Made by a program: the position numbers and the translations under genes. From an uncultured Chloroflexia bacterium (GTDB lineage Bacteria; Chloroflexota; Limnocylindria; Limnocylindrales; CSP1-4), in the NCBI GenBank assembly GCA_963713975.1, contig OY970218.1, positions 2,496,001-2,560,000 on the forward strand: DNA of 64,000 bases. Reading direction: 5' to 3'. The notes beneath the pieces were generated by a model. The model was not told the DNA's origin and made no database searches. It saw nothing but the letters and a program-made list of their open reading frames with translations. Numbering within the stretch: position 1 is the stretch's first letter; each line of letters starts with the position of its first letter. Shown in pieces: positions 38,851 through 51,715 of the stretch.

Positions 38851-39695
38851 TCCGCGGCCACACTCGAGCGGACGACATACCCACCTGGTCCACGCTCGAT
38901 CGTGCTCCCGCCCACGGACTGGGACCTCAACCGGCGACGAGCATAACCGGGGGATCGGACCAGCTTGGCACCCCGCGCCGAGAGCTCGAGAGCCTTGTCG
39001 AATTGATTCAGGTCGCGACCGATCGCGCGCGCCGTGAACCTCCGTCGGTCCTCGTGGTACTGGATCTCGAGGCGCCCCGACCCCGAGATGCCCGCTGCGT
39101 GGAGCCGGAAGGCCGCCCAGTCCGCGCGCACACGGCGGATCCGTGCGCCGGCCAGCGCCAGGTCGACCATCAGCTCGCCATCCCAGCAGGTCAGATTGAG
39201 CGGATTGAAGCCGCCCGTGCGGTCGAATGAGTCGCGCCGGAAGAATGTTGACTGCTGTAGGACGTTCACGCCCCCATAAAGATAGCGGCGCAACCCCCAC
39301 GGTGTGGACTCGAAGTGACGGATCACCCTGTCGTCCGCGTCGATGATCCACCCGTCTCCGTAAACAACATCGGTTGAGGGATTCTCGCGGAAGAAGCAAT
39401 CAACTGCCTGGAGCGCTCCCGCCAGGTGCAGGTCGTCGGCGTTCAGGTAGCCGACCACGGCTCCATTCGTCGATCTGACGCCCTTGTTCAACCCATCGGC
39501 GGGCCCCTGGTCGGGTTCGAGCACAAGTCTCACGCGAGGGTCCCGGAGCGTCGCGAGATACTCCCGGCTTCCATCGGTCGAGCCAGCGTCCACGATCAGG
39601 TACTCGAGGTCCACGTCGCGCTGCGAGAGAACTGATTCCACCGTCGCGGGCAGGTACCGGCCCTGGTTCATCGAGATCGTGACGATCGAGATCAC
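38847..39695 (-). CDS. GT2 glycosyltransferase
   Basis: ISIVTISMNQG, VDAGSTDGS, YLNADD. Confidence 0.9.
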   Translation of the reverse strand: MISIVTISMNQGRYLPATVESVLSQRDVDLEYLIVDAGSTDGSREYLATLRDPRVRLVLEPDQGPADGLNKGVRSTNGAVVGYLNADDLHLAGALQAVDCFFRENPSTDVVYGDGWIIDADDRVIRHFESTPWGLRRYLYGGVNVLQQSTFFRRDSFDRTGGFNPLNLTCWDGELMVDLALAGARIRRVRADWAAFRLHAAGISGSGRLEIQYHEDRRRFTARAIGRDLNQFDKALELSARGAKLVRSPGYARRRLRSQSVGGSTIERGPGGYVVRSSVAAE

Positions 39696-41009
39696 GATTG
39701 TCCCGTGTCGGGTGCGACTTGCCTATCGGACCCGTTGGCAATCAGTCGTAGGCCCAGCAGGCAGAGCGTGATTCCGTATGACGCCGCGATCCGTCCATTG
39801 AACCCGTATGGCGAGAACAGGATGTTCCACATGAGCAACATGGTGGAGAAGACGAGAAGCGGCGCCAAGTCGACACGGAAGGCATAGAGGTTCGCCATGA
39901 GCCAGACGGCCATCGCCAGGATCGCCAGCCAGAACAGCCCGCCCAGGATGCCGGCCCACACCCATGAACCCATCAGGTAGGAGTGAGCGGGGATCAGGCC
40001 AGCGTCGGAGAACTCGGCGCCGACCTCGTACCCGAGGGAGCTGAGGCGCTCGGCCAGCAGGTCCACGTAGGCGAAGTCCTTCGCCCAGGAGCCATGCCCC
40101 AGAATTGGCGAGTCGACGATCGCCTGGGTTGTGACGAGGATCTCGGATCGACCCCCCACGAGGACGCCGAGCTGGCCCGACTGCATCTCGTGTCTTGCTT
40201 CGGCGTCGGCGCCCAGCCAACCAGCAGAGGCTGCGCTGTCGTAGAGCTGGAGGGTGCCAACGACCGCGACCACGAGAAGGGCGAGCCCCATGCCCGCACG
40301 CGTCAGTGAGCGTTTCGAGGAGGCCGGGCGCTCGCCCAGCAGGGCGCTGAATGCGAGGTAGCCGGCTGTCAGGAGGCTCACGCCGCCCAGGCTCCGATAC
40401 CCGAGGAAGAGGTTGAGGATTCCGAAGGCGGCAAACGCTGCCACCGTAGGCCACCGAAGTCGGCCACCAACCGAACCCGAGAATGCGGCCGCCATCCCGA
40501 GCCCGACCGGCAGTGCGAAGGCCCACTTCCACGGATCTGTAGCGGCATACGCATTCGGAACGACTAGGTACCCAAGGGCACCGCCAGTCGCTAGACCCAG
40601 AGCGAACAGGCGCGCCCGCCGCGGTGTCGACGCGAGAACCAGAAATCGCCGCGAAGTCGACAAGCGTGAAGACGATGGCCGCCCATCCCCGAGCAAGGTC
40701 CTCGAACGCGTTCCCGAGGACGAGATCGGTGACGATCTGCCCGAGCAACCAGCCCGCCCAGAGCACGACGAACCATCGTGGCATCGCGAGGCGATCGCGG
40801 GCGCTCCACAGCCACGGCAGCATCGCCAGCAGGAGAAGCTCGCTAAGGATCAGCCGCCCCACGACGGTGAACTCGACGAACGAGACTGCCGGCAGGAGAA
40901 ATGCCCAGGCGTCCAGGGCGACGAGGTGGGGGTGCACGGCACGCTCGGCGACGCTTTGAACTGGCAGCCGGCTCGGGTTCGAGGCCTGCGTGGTGGCAGG
41001 GTTCGTCAC
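39692..41009 (-). CDS. Putative Wzy polymerase / O-antigen-ligase-like membrane protein (one frameshift at ~40644)
   Basis: N-terminal TM part lies in ORF 39723..41009 and the C-terminal part in ORF 39692..40696; removing one base from the AAA run at 40643-40645 joins them (DFAAI-LVLAST). SPILGHGS and PAHSYLM motifs. Confidence 0.7.
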
Positions 41010-42469
41010 AGGTCAGCCCGGATTGCCGGTGGCCCAAGGTCCGAGTCGACGCTCTCGGCGGACGAGGCGTCCGCGTGCTCGAGTCGACGGACCAGACGCG
41101 GCACATACACGAGCGCCGGGACAAGCAGCGCGACAATGATCGCGATCGTCGATCCGATTGCGACACCCGCCACGCCTACCCGCGAGGTCAGGTAGATGCT
41201 CAACGCGAGGTTCAGGAGGGCCATCAGACTCCAGGTCGAAATGAGGAACCGCATCACCTGTGCCCCGTTGAGGAACACCAAGAACGCATTGACGATGGCC
41301 AGGGTGATGGTGAATGCCCCCAATCCAAGGTACAGGCCAGGAGCAGGGGCAACGCCCTGATCGGTCCATGCTTCCACGATCGCCGGCCCCCACATTGCCA
41401 AGGCAACGGTCACTGGGACGATGACCACGATCGTCACGCTCATGGACCGCCTGAGAGTGTGGCGAACCCAGGCGATGTCGTGTCGCGAGATCGCCTCGCG
41501 GTATGCGGGCCAGAGGGGAACCAGGGCGATCACGGCGAGGCCAGCGGGGATCGAGAACAGGCGGTAGACGATCGAGTAGTCGGCGACTGCCGCGGGACCC
41601 ACCACGTGTGCGATCACGAGGCGATCGGTCGAGAACCCAACCACATAGGCGATCTGGAGGGCCATGAAGGCAAGGCCAACTCCTATCACGGATCGCATCG
41701 CGCCGGTCGTCACATCCACGCGTCGGGGCGCCAGCCAAGGACGCTGATGGCGCACCAGAACAACGAGGTTCACCAAGCCCGCCATCAGTGGCCCACTCGC
41801 CATCGCAAGGACGAGAGCAGGGAGGCTCGCGCCTGCCGCGACCGCCGCGAGCAGGAGGATGACCGTCAGGAGGTTCCCGAACCCCGCGAAGGCGCTCTGC
41901 ACGAAGCCCTCCTGGAACGCAGCGCGGGCCTGGCCGGCGAGGCTCAGTGGCAGCCCAATGAGGAACGTTGCTACAAGAGCGGCCGTGGCGGGACCTGCCT
42001 CGGATGCAGCCAGCGGGTCAGCCGCAACGTTGTAGATTGCCGCCCACGGCACGATTGGATAGACGATCACGAACGCGAAGCCCAGGGCCAGCGCGACTGC
42101 GGTTAGCGTTGCCAACCCGGAGGTGAGGTATTGGCGCGCCGCCTGCCTGTCGCCATCTCCGTATGCCCGGGAGATGCTGTTGAGCACGCCGTTGCCGATC
42201 CCAAGGTCGGTCGCCCCGAGGAGGGCAACGACCGATGCGATCGTCATCCACATCCCAAAGCGGACGGGACCGAGCAGACCAAGGGTCAGCGGCACGCTGA
42301 CGAGCACGACGACGAAGGCCGACCCCCGCAGCGCGAGGCCCGCGATGGAACTCGCCACGGCACGACGGTTGCGCTCCGCAGATCGCTGGCTCTCGGTGCT
42401 GCCCGAGATACTGCTGGAGGAAAGCCAGGAGCCTAGCTTCCGTCGTCCGGAAGGCAGCATATTGGCCAT
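41006..42469 (-). CDS. Wzx-type oligosaccharide flippase
   Basis: About 12 TM helices, LGPVRFGMW, DLGIG, TDRLVIAH. Confidence 0.85.
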   Translation of the reverse strand: MANMLPSGRRKLGSWLSSSSISGSTESQRSAERNRRAVASSIAGLALRGSAFVVVLVSVPLTLGLLGPVRFGMWMTIASVVALLGATDLGIGNGVLNSISRAYGDGDRQAARQYLTSGLATLTAVALALGFAFVIVYPIVPWAAIYNVAADPLAASEAGPATAALVATFLIGLPLSLAGQARAAFQEGFVQSAFAGFGNLLTVILLLAAVAAGASLPALVLAMASGPLMAGLVNLVVLVRHQRPWLAPRRVDVTTGAMRSVIGVGLAFMALQIAYVVGFSTDRLVIAHVVGPAAVADYSIVYRLFSIPAGLAVIALVPLWPAYREAISRHDIAWVRHTLRRSMSVTIVVIVPVTVALAMWGPAIVEAWTDQGVAPAPGLYLGLGAFTITLAIVNAFLVFLNGAQVMRFLISTWSLMALLNLALSIYLTSRVGVAGVAIGSTIAIIVALLVPALVYVPRLVRRLEHADASSAESVDSDLGPPAIRADL

Positions 42470-42491
42470 GACCCGAGTTCCTCGCCCGTGC

Positions 42492-45237
<2,746 letters not shown>

Positions 45238-45241
<4 letters not shown>

Positions 45242-46463
45242 GAGGCGATCCCGTCCACGAGGGCGGCGGCGCGGGCCAGGCACGCGGCCGCGGACAGGTT
45301 GGCGTCCGCAAACACGGGTCCGGCCGCACCCATGGCACTCGCGAGGGCGGGCTCCGCGCGAAGCCAGGTGAGCGCTTCGAGGATGGCCCCGGTTTCGTCC
45401 AGCCGGGACCGTGAGTCCCGGCGCCGGATCGCCCCATCTCCCGGGCCGAGGGGCTGTCCTCGGGCACGGCGGCGACGATCGGCCGCCCCGCGGCGAAGTA
45501 GCTCGTCAGCTTGGAGGGCAGGGACATGTCACTCCTGCATGGCCCGCTCCGACAGGAGCAGGACGTCTGCCGCCGACGAGGAGGGTCGCGTAGACGCCGT
45601 CCGGCTGGACCGGCAGGAGGTCCAGCGTGGCGATGCCCTCCGCGGCGTCTCGAAGCCGGTTCGCCTGGTTCCCGCCCCCGACGAGGACGAAGTGGACCGG
45701 GTCTCCCCGCTGCGCGGCAAGGCGGGCCGCATCGACCACTTGGTCCAGGCCCTGCTTGGCGCCCATGTTGCCCGCGTGCAGGACGATCTGGCGGTCGTCC
45801 GGCCAGCCGAAGCAGCCGGCGGATCGACGCCGCGTCCGGCTCGGCGGCGCAAGGCGAGCCCAGTTGGGGACGTGGTGGATCCGGTCCTGGCGCGACGCCG
45901 AGCGAGGTGAGGTACGGGGTGAAGGCATCGGTGACGACCGCCGACCGCCTGGGCCCCGCCTGCCGCCCAGCGCCTCGGCGGCGGCCGTCACGCGGGCGAC
46001 CGTCCCGCCGCCCGCGATGCCGGACTGGCGGGCTGCCGGGCCCATGAGGTCCTGGAACAGGAGACCGTACGGGCTCCGGAACGCGCCGCCCGGCAATCCG
46101 CGCGAGGATGCCGCCGGAGAGGCTGGGCACGACGCCCAGGATCGCGTCCGGGCGGTTGGATCGGGAGGCTCGCGAGGAGTCCCGTCAGCCCGAAGGTGCC
46201 CTCGTAGACGGCCCGCTTGCCGGCCGACTGGGTGCCGGGGACGTAGTGGGCGGCCCGGATGACCGTCACGCCATCGATCTGCTCGGTTGCGAGCAGGCGG
46301 CGGGGCGTGCCGCGGTTGAGCCGCCAGCCGGGGTAGCTGGGCAGGCCGGTGATCACGTGACCTCGTCGCCGCGGGCCGCCAGGTGCTCCGCGAGTCCCGC
46401 GGTGTACGGACCGACACCGCTTGGCTCCGGGCGGTAGTTGATCCCGACGATGAGGACGCGCAT
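45238..46463 (-). CDS. WcaI-like GT4 glycosyltransferase (multiple apparent frameshifts)
   Basis: [63 protein letters not shown] are spread over several frames. Confidence 0.75.
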
Positions 46464-46488
46464 TGCGTGCCAGTCCGTCCGCGCCCGG

Positions 46489-48126
46489 TCAGCCGTTGGG
46501 CTCTGTCAGTGCGCCGGTGGCACCCGTCGCGGCGGCGGCCGCCGCGGGGGCGGTGCCCGTCGCGGCCTTGGCGTCCTCGTTCTTGGTCCCGTAGTAGTCG
46601 TAGTAGACGTATTCGTTGGCCGCCCGAGCCGACATCCGGTTGAGCGCGACGCCAAGGACCCGGGCGCCGGCCTTCGCGAGCGCCTCACGGCCGTGCTGCG
46701 TCGCCGCTCGGCGGGTGCGCCCGCTGTCGATGACCAGGAGCGTCCCGTCCGTGATGGAGGCCAGGATCGCGGCGTCGGTCACGGCCTGCAGCGGCGGGCT
46801 GTCGACGATCACGAGGTCCGCTGCCGCCGTCAGCCGCTCCAGGATGGTCCGCATCCGCTGTGAGGCCAGGAGCTCGGCCGGGTTGGGCGGCAGCGGCCCC
46901 GTGGTGACGATCCGCAGGTTCTCCTGCTCCGTGAGCTGCGCGACGTCGTCGATGGTGGCCTCGTCGCCGCCCAAGAGCGTCGTCAGGCCCCAGGCGTTGG
47001 TCATGTCGAACAAGCGGTTGACGCCGGGCTTGCGCAGGTCGGCGTCCAGGAGGATGACATTCCTGCCGGCCTGCGCGAACGCCACGGCGAGGTTGCCGGC
47101 GGTCGTCGTCTTGCCCTCGCTGGGGATGGAGCTGGTGACGAGGAGCGTGCGGACGGGCTCGTCCACGGAGGCGAAGGCGAGGTTCGTGCGCAGCGTGCGG
47201 TAGGCCTCCGCGGCCGGACCGCGCGGGTAGAGGAGGGTGGCGAGGCGGTAGATGTCGCTGCGGCCCTTCTCGCTCTTCATCTTGAGGATGGTGCCCAGCG
47301 TCGGGAGGCCGGTGGCTTCCTCGACGTCCTCGGACGACTTCACGGTGTCGTCCAGGTACTCCATGACGAACGCGATCCCCAGGGCGATGAGCAGCCCGAC
47401 GAGGATCGCGAGCAGGGTGTTGAGGAGCACCCGCGGGGAGGAGGGGAGCGCGGGCGGTGTCGCGGGATCCACGACGGTGACGGCGTTCGCGGTGGACCCG
47501 GCGATGCCCACCAGCGCGGCGTAGGACTGGCGGAGGCTGGCGACCTGTGACTTGAGCGCCGTCAGCTGCTGGTCGTCCTCGACGGTCCGGGCCGGGAGAC
47601 CGGCCAGCCGGTCGATCTCCGCCTGGGTTTCCTCGATCTGCGCCTGGGTGGCCATGACCTGCTGCCCGATGAAGGCCTGGACCTCACCGTTCTGGCCGTA
47701 GACGCTGGCAGACGCGGCGATCATCTGGCTCGCGATGTCGTTGGCGAGGTCCGCCGCAAGCGCCGGATCACCGTCCTCCACCGAGACCGTGACGAGGGTG
47801 GAATCGCGCGCCGCCGTGGACGTCACGAGCTTGCGGAACTCGTCCGGGGTGGTATCGAGTCCGGCGTCCGCGATCACCTGGGCCAGGATGGGGCCGGTAG
47901 TGGCGAGGTTCGCGTACGTCTGCGAGATCCGCTGGCTTGCCAGCAGGTCGTTGTAGTTGACGCCGGACGATGCGCTGGCCTCGCCCACGAGCAGCGTGAC
48001 CTGCGCCTCGTAGACCTTGGGCAGCGAGATCGAGACGAGATAGGCGGAGCCCCCGGCCAGCAGGGCGCCTGCGACAAGCAGCCAGAACCAATGGCGGACG
48101 ATCTGGCCCTGGCGGCGGAGATCCAT
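46489..48126 (-). CDS. Polysaccharide co-polymerase/tyrosine autokinase (CpsC-CpsD fusion, Wzc-like)
   Basis: Wzz-like N-terminus with two TM helices, AEAYRTLRTN, SSIPSEGKT, DADLRKP, DSPP, C-terminal Tyr cluster EYVYYDYY. Confidence 0.92.
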   Translation of the reverse strand: MDLRRQGQIVRHWFWLLVAGALLAGGSAYLVSISLPKVYEAQVTLLVGEASASSGVNYNDLLASQRISQTYANLATTGPILAQVIADAGLDTTPDEFRKLVTSTAARDSTLVTVSVEDGDPALAADLANDIASQMIAASASVYGQNGEVQAFIGQQVMATQAQIEETQAEIDRLAGLPARTVEDDQQLTALKSQVASLRQSYAALVGIAGSTANAVTVVDPATPPALPSSPRVLLNTLLAILVGLLIALGIAFVMEYLDDTVKSSEDVEEATGLPTLGTILKMKSEKGRSDIYRLATLLYPRGPAAEAYRTLRTNLAFASVDEPVRTLLVTSSIPSEGKTTTAGNLAVAFAQAGRNVILLDADLRKPGVNRLFDMTNAWGLTTLLGGDEATIDDVAQLTEQENLRIVTTGPLPPNPAELLASQRMRTILERLTAAADLVIVDSPPLQAVTDAAILASITDGTLLVIDSGRTRRAATQHGREALAKAGARVLGVALNRMSARAANEYVYYDYYGTKNEDAKAATGTAPAAAAAATGATGALTEPNG

Positions 48127-48255
48127 CGGTTGGCAGTCCCCCTACGGGATCCCGGGGAGGCGGATCCTCCCGATCACGACGCGTCGGCCTGCGTCGCCGT
48201 CACCGGGTCCGCTTGCGAGTATACAGACGGGTCCGAGCGGTCAAGCGGTCGCCGA

Positions 48256-50263
48256 TCACGGGGTCGCCCGGGGCGCATAGCGCAGCTCCAGCGTCAGGTC
48301 CTGGTCGAATGTCGTCTCGAGGGTGGCAGTGTCCCCGACGACGGCCAGCTCCGGGTCGGCGTCGGTGATCAGGAAGCCTTCCGGAACACGGATCGTGAGG
48401 GCGAGGGGTCCCGGCAGCAGCCCGGGCTGCTTCTGGATCGTCAGGCGGTAGGTGCCGCCGGTCTCGTCCGCGTCCGCGGCGTACGGGCTCGTCCAGGCAT
48501 AGGTGAGGTTGGTCCGCCCGGCCGGGATCTTGAGGTAGTTGGCGAATACCGCCCGGCCGTTGGCCTCCTCTACGACCGCCGGATCGCTGAGCGCCACGTA
48601 GCTCCCGCCAGAGACCTCCTCGACGCGACTCAGCTCCGGCACCAGGAGCCGGAAGTACATGCCCAGGAGCCGGAGGTCGCCGGCGATGGGCAGTGCCCGG
48701 TATGGGGCGCCTACGTCGGTCTCGATGCCGTTGTCCCAGGTCACCTTGAGGCGGTCCAGGGCGTTGCCGTACTCGTCGATCTGCACCTCGAGATCCAGGG
48801 ACCGGGTGGTGACGGCGTTGAGCTTGGATGTGGGGGCGACGTTGGAGTCGACCGGGTACACGTAGTCGCCGGGATCCTGCCGGATGGCGACCGTCGAACC
48901 CGTTCTCGACGACGAGGGCCTGGGCATCGGGGTCCTTGAACCAGGCGAGCAGGAGCCGACCGCGGCGGTAGGTGTCGGCGTCACCGGCCAGCCGTCCCCA
49001 GCTCTCGGGCGGCAGGCCCAGCAGCGAGGCGAACAGCTGCTGCGCGAAGGGGCCGAGGACGGCCTTGCGTTCCGTGGTCCCGTCGGCCGTCGCCGCCCAG
49101 ATCGCCTGCATCAGCTTGATCGTCGTCTCGCCCGGGGCGATGGTCACGTCATAGCCGGGCACCGCGATCGGCCCCGTGAGCTCGAGCAGGCGGTCGATGG
49201 TGTCGGTGCTGAGCGCGATCACGCCGTCGATATGGGTGTCGCCCGACTCGTTCTCGTAGAGGCGGATGGCGTCCCGGGCGCTGGTGGGGAAGTCCGGGGA
49301 CCAGTTCGCATCGGCAAGCTGCCAGGGCTGCTGCTCGCCCAGCAGGTAGTCGTGCAGCTCCTGCGGGCCCTTGATGAACGGATAGTCCCACGGCAGGTCG
49401 ATGTGGGCGATGTCCTGGAACGCGCTCTCGGTGATCCGGCCCTTGTCGAAGGCGATGATCCCGTAGCTCCCGGTGTAGCCGCCGGTGGGTCGCAGCTCGG
49501 CCGGGTTCTGGGTCAGGACCAGGTAGCGCCGCGGCGCGTCCCAGCCGAGGATCGCGGGCAGCGGGCCGCTCGCCGTGGCGAGGCCGTCCACCATCGGGCC
49601 GTACTCGTCCAGGCGGGTGATCAGGGCGTCGCGCGCGTCTTGCAGCGGGGCCACGAGGCCATCCGGTACGGTGGCCAGCGTCTGTCTCGCCGACTTTATG
49701 GCGGCCTGGACACCGGCGATCGGCTCGCGGGAGGTGGCCACCAGCTCCACGAGCTGGGACAGAGCCGATCCGCCCGCCGGGTCCGCCGCCTGCGCCTCCT
49801 TGATCTCGACGAACCGGCGCCCGATCGCGACGCCGTCGTCGGCCGCGCCGAACAGCTGCCCGGCCGCCGTCACGATGGCGTCGGCGCCCTCGATGTTTGC
49901 GGCCGTGACGGGGATGGCACGCGCGACCGCCACCAGGGGGTCGTTGGCCAGCAGGTATTCCAGGTTGTTGAAGCGGGCCCGGGATGCCGCCAGGTCCGTC
50001 TCGAGGGCATCCACCGTGGCCCGGTCCATGTCCAGGCCCACTTCTCGGATCCGGCCGACCATCTGCTCGAGGTCGCCACGGATCGCCTTCGCGTCGTCGT
50101 AGGCCGGGAGGTAGCGGAAGGCCGCCAGGGCGCCGCCGATGGCGACGAGGACGACCAGGAGCGCCCCGACGCCCAGGCCGACCAGCAGCAGCTTGCGGCG
50201 GCGGGAGCGGACGCGCCGTCGCCGCCGACGTCGGTGGTTCGTGGGTGCGGGATCCTCGCTCAC
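48256..50263 (-). CDS. DUF4012-like membrane-anchored protein (one frameshift at ~48889)
   Basis: Arg-rich N-terminus + TM, helical region, YLVLTQNPAELRPTGG, DANWSPDFP, IDGVIA; C-terminal part with IQKQPG is in ORF 48256..48984. Confidence 0.8.
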
Positions 50264-50973
50264 GACTGCGGCACCGCGATGACGATGAACCGCGGCGCCG
50301 TCGCGAAGTAGGAGGTCGAGGTCTGGAGCGTGAGCTGCTCGGCGGGCGTGGGATCGAGGTACTCCAGGGCATCCCACGGGACCTTCGGGAGGACCTTGGT
50401 CACGACGTAGGTGCGCTGCGTGCCATCGGCGAGGTCGAGCAGGACGATGTCACCCTTGCGCGCGTCCCAGAGCTTGATGAACATGCCCTCGCGGGCGTGG
50501 CCGTAGATGTAGATGTTCGTGCCGCCGCCCGGCCACCCGGTCCCGGGGAAGTGGGCCGCCTTGCCGATCGGGGCATCGATCCCGTCACCCTCGATGATCT
50601 TCTGGTCGATCCCGAGGCGCTCGATACGGATGCGTTTGGCCTTGACCTCGCCGGCGGAGGTGGCGTCGGGCGTCGCGTCCGGGGTCGGTTCGGGCGCTCC
50701 GCTGGTGTCGGGCGCGGGCGTTGACGTCGGGGCGCCGGCTATCGGCGGTTCCGTCGCGGCCGCTGGTTCCGTCGTGGCCGCGTCCGTCGCCACGGCGGCC
50801 GGAGGGGTGGTTGCCGAGGACGCCGTGCCGCGCAGGCCGCCACCCAGGATGAAGGCGAGCGAGGCGCCCGCGAGGACGATGACAAGGACGCCCGCGGCAA
50901 TGACCACGCCACGACCACGGCCGGCCATCCAGCCCGGGCGCTCGGAACGAGGGCGGCGGTCTGGATCGGTCAC
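50260..50973 (-). CDS. Sortase-family protein with Ser at the catalytic Cys position
   Basis: TM anchor, PT-rich linker, AAHFPGTGWPG, YGHAR, TLQTS (TCG at 50317-50319), PRFIVIA. Confidence 0.85.
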   Translation of the reverse strand: MTDPDRRPRSERPGWMAGRGRGVVIAAGVLVIVLAGASLAFILGGGLRGTASSATTPPAAVATDAATTEPAAATEPPIAGAPTSTPAPDTSGAPEPTPDATPDATSAGEVKAKRIRIERLGIDQKIIEGDGIDAPIGKAAHFPGTGWPGGGTNIYIYGHAREGMFIKLWDARKGDIVLLDLADGTQRTYVVTKVLPKVPWDALEYLDPTPAEQLTLQTSTSYFATAPRFIVIAVPQS

Positions 50974-51035
50974 CTGATCAGGCTAGCCCAATCCGCCGCA
51001 GGAAAGGCAGAGCGATCTGGCGCCCGGGATGCGCG

Positions 51036-51557
51036 TCAGCGCCTCGCCAGGACCCCGCGAAGGACGAGGCCGCCACCGCCTGCAAGCGCCAGCAGGGCGA
51101 GCAGGGTGCCGAGGAATGGCTCCGTGCGAGTGGGCATCGTGCCCGCCAGGGTGGAGGTGCGCGGGAGGCTCGCCGTGGTGATGTTGAGGGTGATCGTGCC
51201 GACGACTCCATCGGCCCTGGCACGAAGAACCCGGCTGCCGGGCACGCAGGCAATGTTGACAGTCGTCTTCGCGACACCGCTGGAGTTCGTGGTCGTCGGC
51301 GTCTTGTTGATCCTGTCCGACTTGGTCACGCGCGACTTCCAGGACCACGCGACCGGCTGGCCCGCGATGCGTTTGCCATTCTTGTCCTGGATCGTCGCCG
51401 AGATCGTGACGTTGACGCCGCACTTGAGCTTGCCGCCGGGCCGGGACACGGAGACGCTCGAGGCGACCTCACCTGCGTACCCGAGGGCGGTGCCGGCAGC
51501 GAAGACGGCGAGCGTGAGGGCAGCGAATGCGGTGAGCCACCGCCGGCGACTGGTCAT
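51036..51557 (-). CDS. Secreted Ig-like (Big_1-type) protein with LPxT sorting signal
   Basis: Signal peptide; SATIQDKNGKRIAGQPVAW, TTNSSGVA; C-terminal LPRTST + hydrophobic helix + RR. Confidence 0.8.
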   Translation of the reverse strand: MTSRRRWLTAFAALTLAVFAAGTALGYAGEVASSVSVSRPGGKLKCGVNVTISATIQDKNGKRIAGQPVAWSWKSRVTKSDRINKTPTTTNSSGVAKTTVNIACVPGSRVLRARADGVVGTITLNITTASLPRTSTLAGTMPTRTEPFLGTLLALLALAGGGGLVLRGVLARR

Positions 51558-51715
51558 CCCTGTCATCTCCCCAGCTTCGGGACGCATCCTCACAGTCGGC
51601 TCACCAAACTACGCGAGCCGCCATGGTTCCCGGCCATCATACGCTCGGGCCGCAACGGCCAATTGGCCCAGGTCGCGGCCTACCCGATCGGGCGTCACTG
51701 GGGCAGGATGGGGGG

